From Nitrospirota bacterium (GTDB taxonomy: Bacteria; Nitrospirota; UBA9217), in the NCBI GenBank assembly GCA_963754875.1, contig CAVWHO010000020.1, positions 224,001 through 288,000 of the forward strand: a stretch of 64,000 bases of DNA, in the 5' to 3' direction. The stretch's first letter is position 1. Each line of letters opens with the position of its first letter. Shown here in pieces: positions 62,744-64,000 of this stretch. Under the pieces are notes generated by a model, which saw nothing but the letters and a program-made list of their open reading frames with translations, did no database searches and had not been told where the DNA came from. A program made the position numbers and the translations under genes.

Positions 62744-63396
62744 ATGAGAACAAAATTGCTGCTTCTGTTCGGTCTTTGTTGCTTCCTTTGTTTTTGTTGT
62801 CGGCACAACACGGCTATGCAGCCATCTATAAGTATTTAGACAAGGACGGTGTGATCTGTTTTGCAAACGATCTCCAGTCCATTCCTGAACAGTTCCGTGC
62901 GAACGCTAAAGTCGTGAGTGACGATACAGATCAGGAGAACCAACAATCGATGCATAACCAGCAGATACCAGGACAGACCAACGGGAAATCACGAGGATGT
63001 TCCCCCGGAATAGCCCATAATAGGGCAGTCGATACTCGGAATGAAAATAGTTTTTTCAATAATCGCATGCTTCTTACGGCAATTGTCGTTGTGAGCGCCG
63101 GCTTCGCTTTTATTATTCTGGGGATGCTTGAGACTGATCACAAAAAAACGATTGCGTCGTTCGCGTAACTCTTCTGTGGGCAGTAGCGCTCTATCTTCTC
63201 ATTGCGCATGCCGGCGACGCGCTTCGTATGATTCGAACATTCGGCGGTACAAGTCGACGAGGTGAAGCACCAGTCTGAGGAAAAAGGAAAGAAGGCCGCA
63301 AAAGCCGATAAAAGCCATGAGGACAATTTGTGGAACAGGTCGGACAGGCTTCCTCAACCGATATTCCGGAAGACAGTTCGAGAGAAAAAAGAGTAG
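62744..63396 (+). CDS. DUF4124-like secreted/membrane protein (frameshifted; end approximate)
   Basis: SD aggagg; AIYKYLDKDGVICFANDLQSIPEQFR; downstream transmembrane segments. Confidence 0.6.
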
Positions 63397-63411
63397 AGTG
63401 TACGTGCAAGA

Positions 63412-64000
63412 TCAATTGTTTTCAGTAACCTCTCGGATGGAAGCGTAAATGACTTGCAGCGCGCGATTCAGTTCCTTCAAGGATATTGAAAGCGGAGGCA
63501 TGAGTACGATCACATTGCCAAGCGGCCGGATGATGAGACCCCGCTTCCGACATTCAACAATGACCTTGATCCCGATTTTGCTTTCCGCGGGATAGGGTTC
63601 CTTCGTCAACCTGTTTTTTACCAGTTCGATGCCAACCATGAGACCTTTCTGTCTGACCTCACCCACGTGTTCCAGTGCTTTGAACTGTTTTAAGCCTTTT
63701 GCTAATTCGGTTATCTTTGGCTGAATTTTCGAGAGGATATTCTCCTTTCGATACAGGTCGATGCTGGCGATTGCGGAAGCGCAGGCGAGCGGGTTGCCGG
63801 TGTAGGTGTGGCCATGGAAAAAGGTCCTGAACTCCCGGTATTCACCCAGGAAGCCGCCGTAGATGTCGTCGGTCGTGAGCGTGGCCGCAAGCGGAAGGTA
63901 ACCGCCGGTGATTCCTTTGGCTATGCACAGGATGTCGGGTGCGACTCGTTCATGTTCGCAGGCGAACATTTTTCCTGTTCTGCCAAAACCGGTCGCGACC
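63412..64000 (-). CDS. bioA: Adenosylmethionine-8-amino-7-oxononanoate aminotransferase, C-terminal part
   Basis: VATGFGRTGKMFACEHE, AKGITGGYLPLAAT, FFHGHTYTGNPLAC, IRPLGNVIVLMPPL. Confidence 0.9.
   Translation of the reverse strand, partial: VATGFGRTGKMFACEHERVAPDILCIAKGITGGYLPLAATLTTDDIYGGFLGEYREFRTFFHGHTYTGNPLACASAIASIDLYRKENILSKIQPKITELAKGLKQFKALEHVGEVRQKGLMVGIELVKNRLTKEPYPAESKIGIKVIVECRKRGLIIRPLGNVIVLMPPLSISLKELNRALQVIYASIREVTENN

Overview
Bacterial chromosomal window; gene content and style suggest an anaerobic diderm such as Nitrospirota or Desulfobacterota (inference only). Most of it is housekeeping: lnt (partial), queD, pmbA/tldD, hflX, argS-tgt-yajC-secD-secF, glk, ilvA, cheD, signalling genes, and a long minus-strand yceD-rpmF-plsX-fabH...fabD-fabG-acpP-fabF-rnc cluster ending at a partial bioA. 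An accessory island at about 3.3-10.3 kb holds an intact TnpB element, an intact IS630 and an IS481-like relic. Between them lies an ArsR-led operon whose in-frame UGA codons, missed by the ORF track, predict two selenoproteins (a small thioredoxin-fold protein and a UxxC DsrE), followed by dsrF, dsrH and a sulfide:quinone oxidoreductase. A decayed Sec-peroxiredoxin lies just upstream. Other highlights are an acyl-CoA dehydrogenase/EtfB/ferredoxin-EtfA module inside the fatty-acid synthesis operon between fabH and fabD (candidate new enoyl-ACP reductase system), two adjacent Hfq-like genes with three Sm domains, a probable ATC start for hflX, and several apparently leaderless genes. Many frameshifts in essential genes (argS, rnc, fabF, fabH, plsX) most likely reflect sequencing or assembly indels. 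No rRNA, tRNA or CRISPR array was seen.
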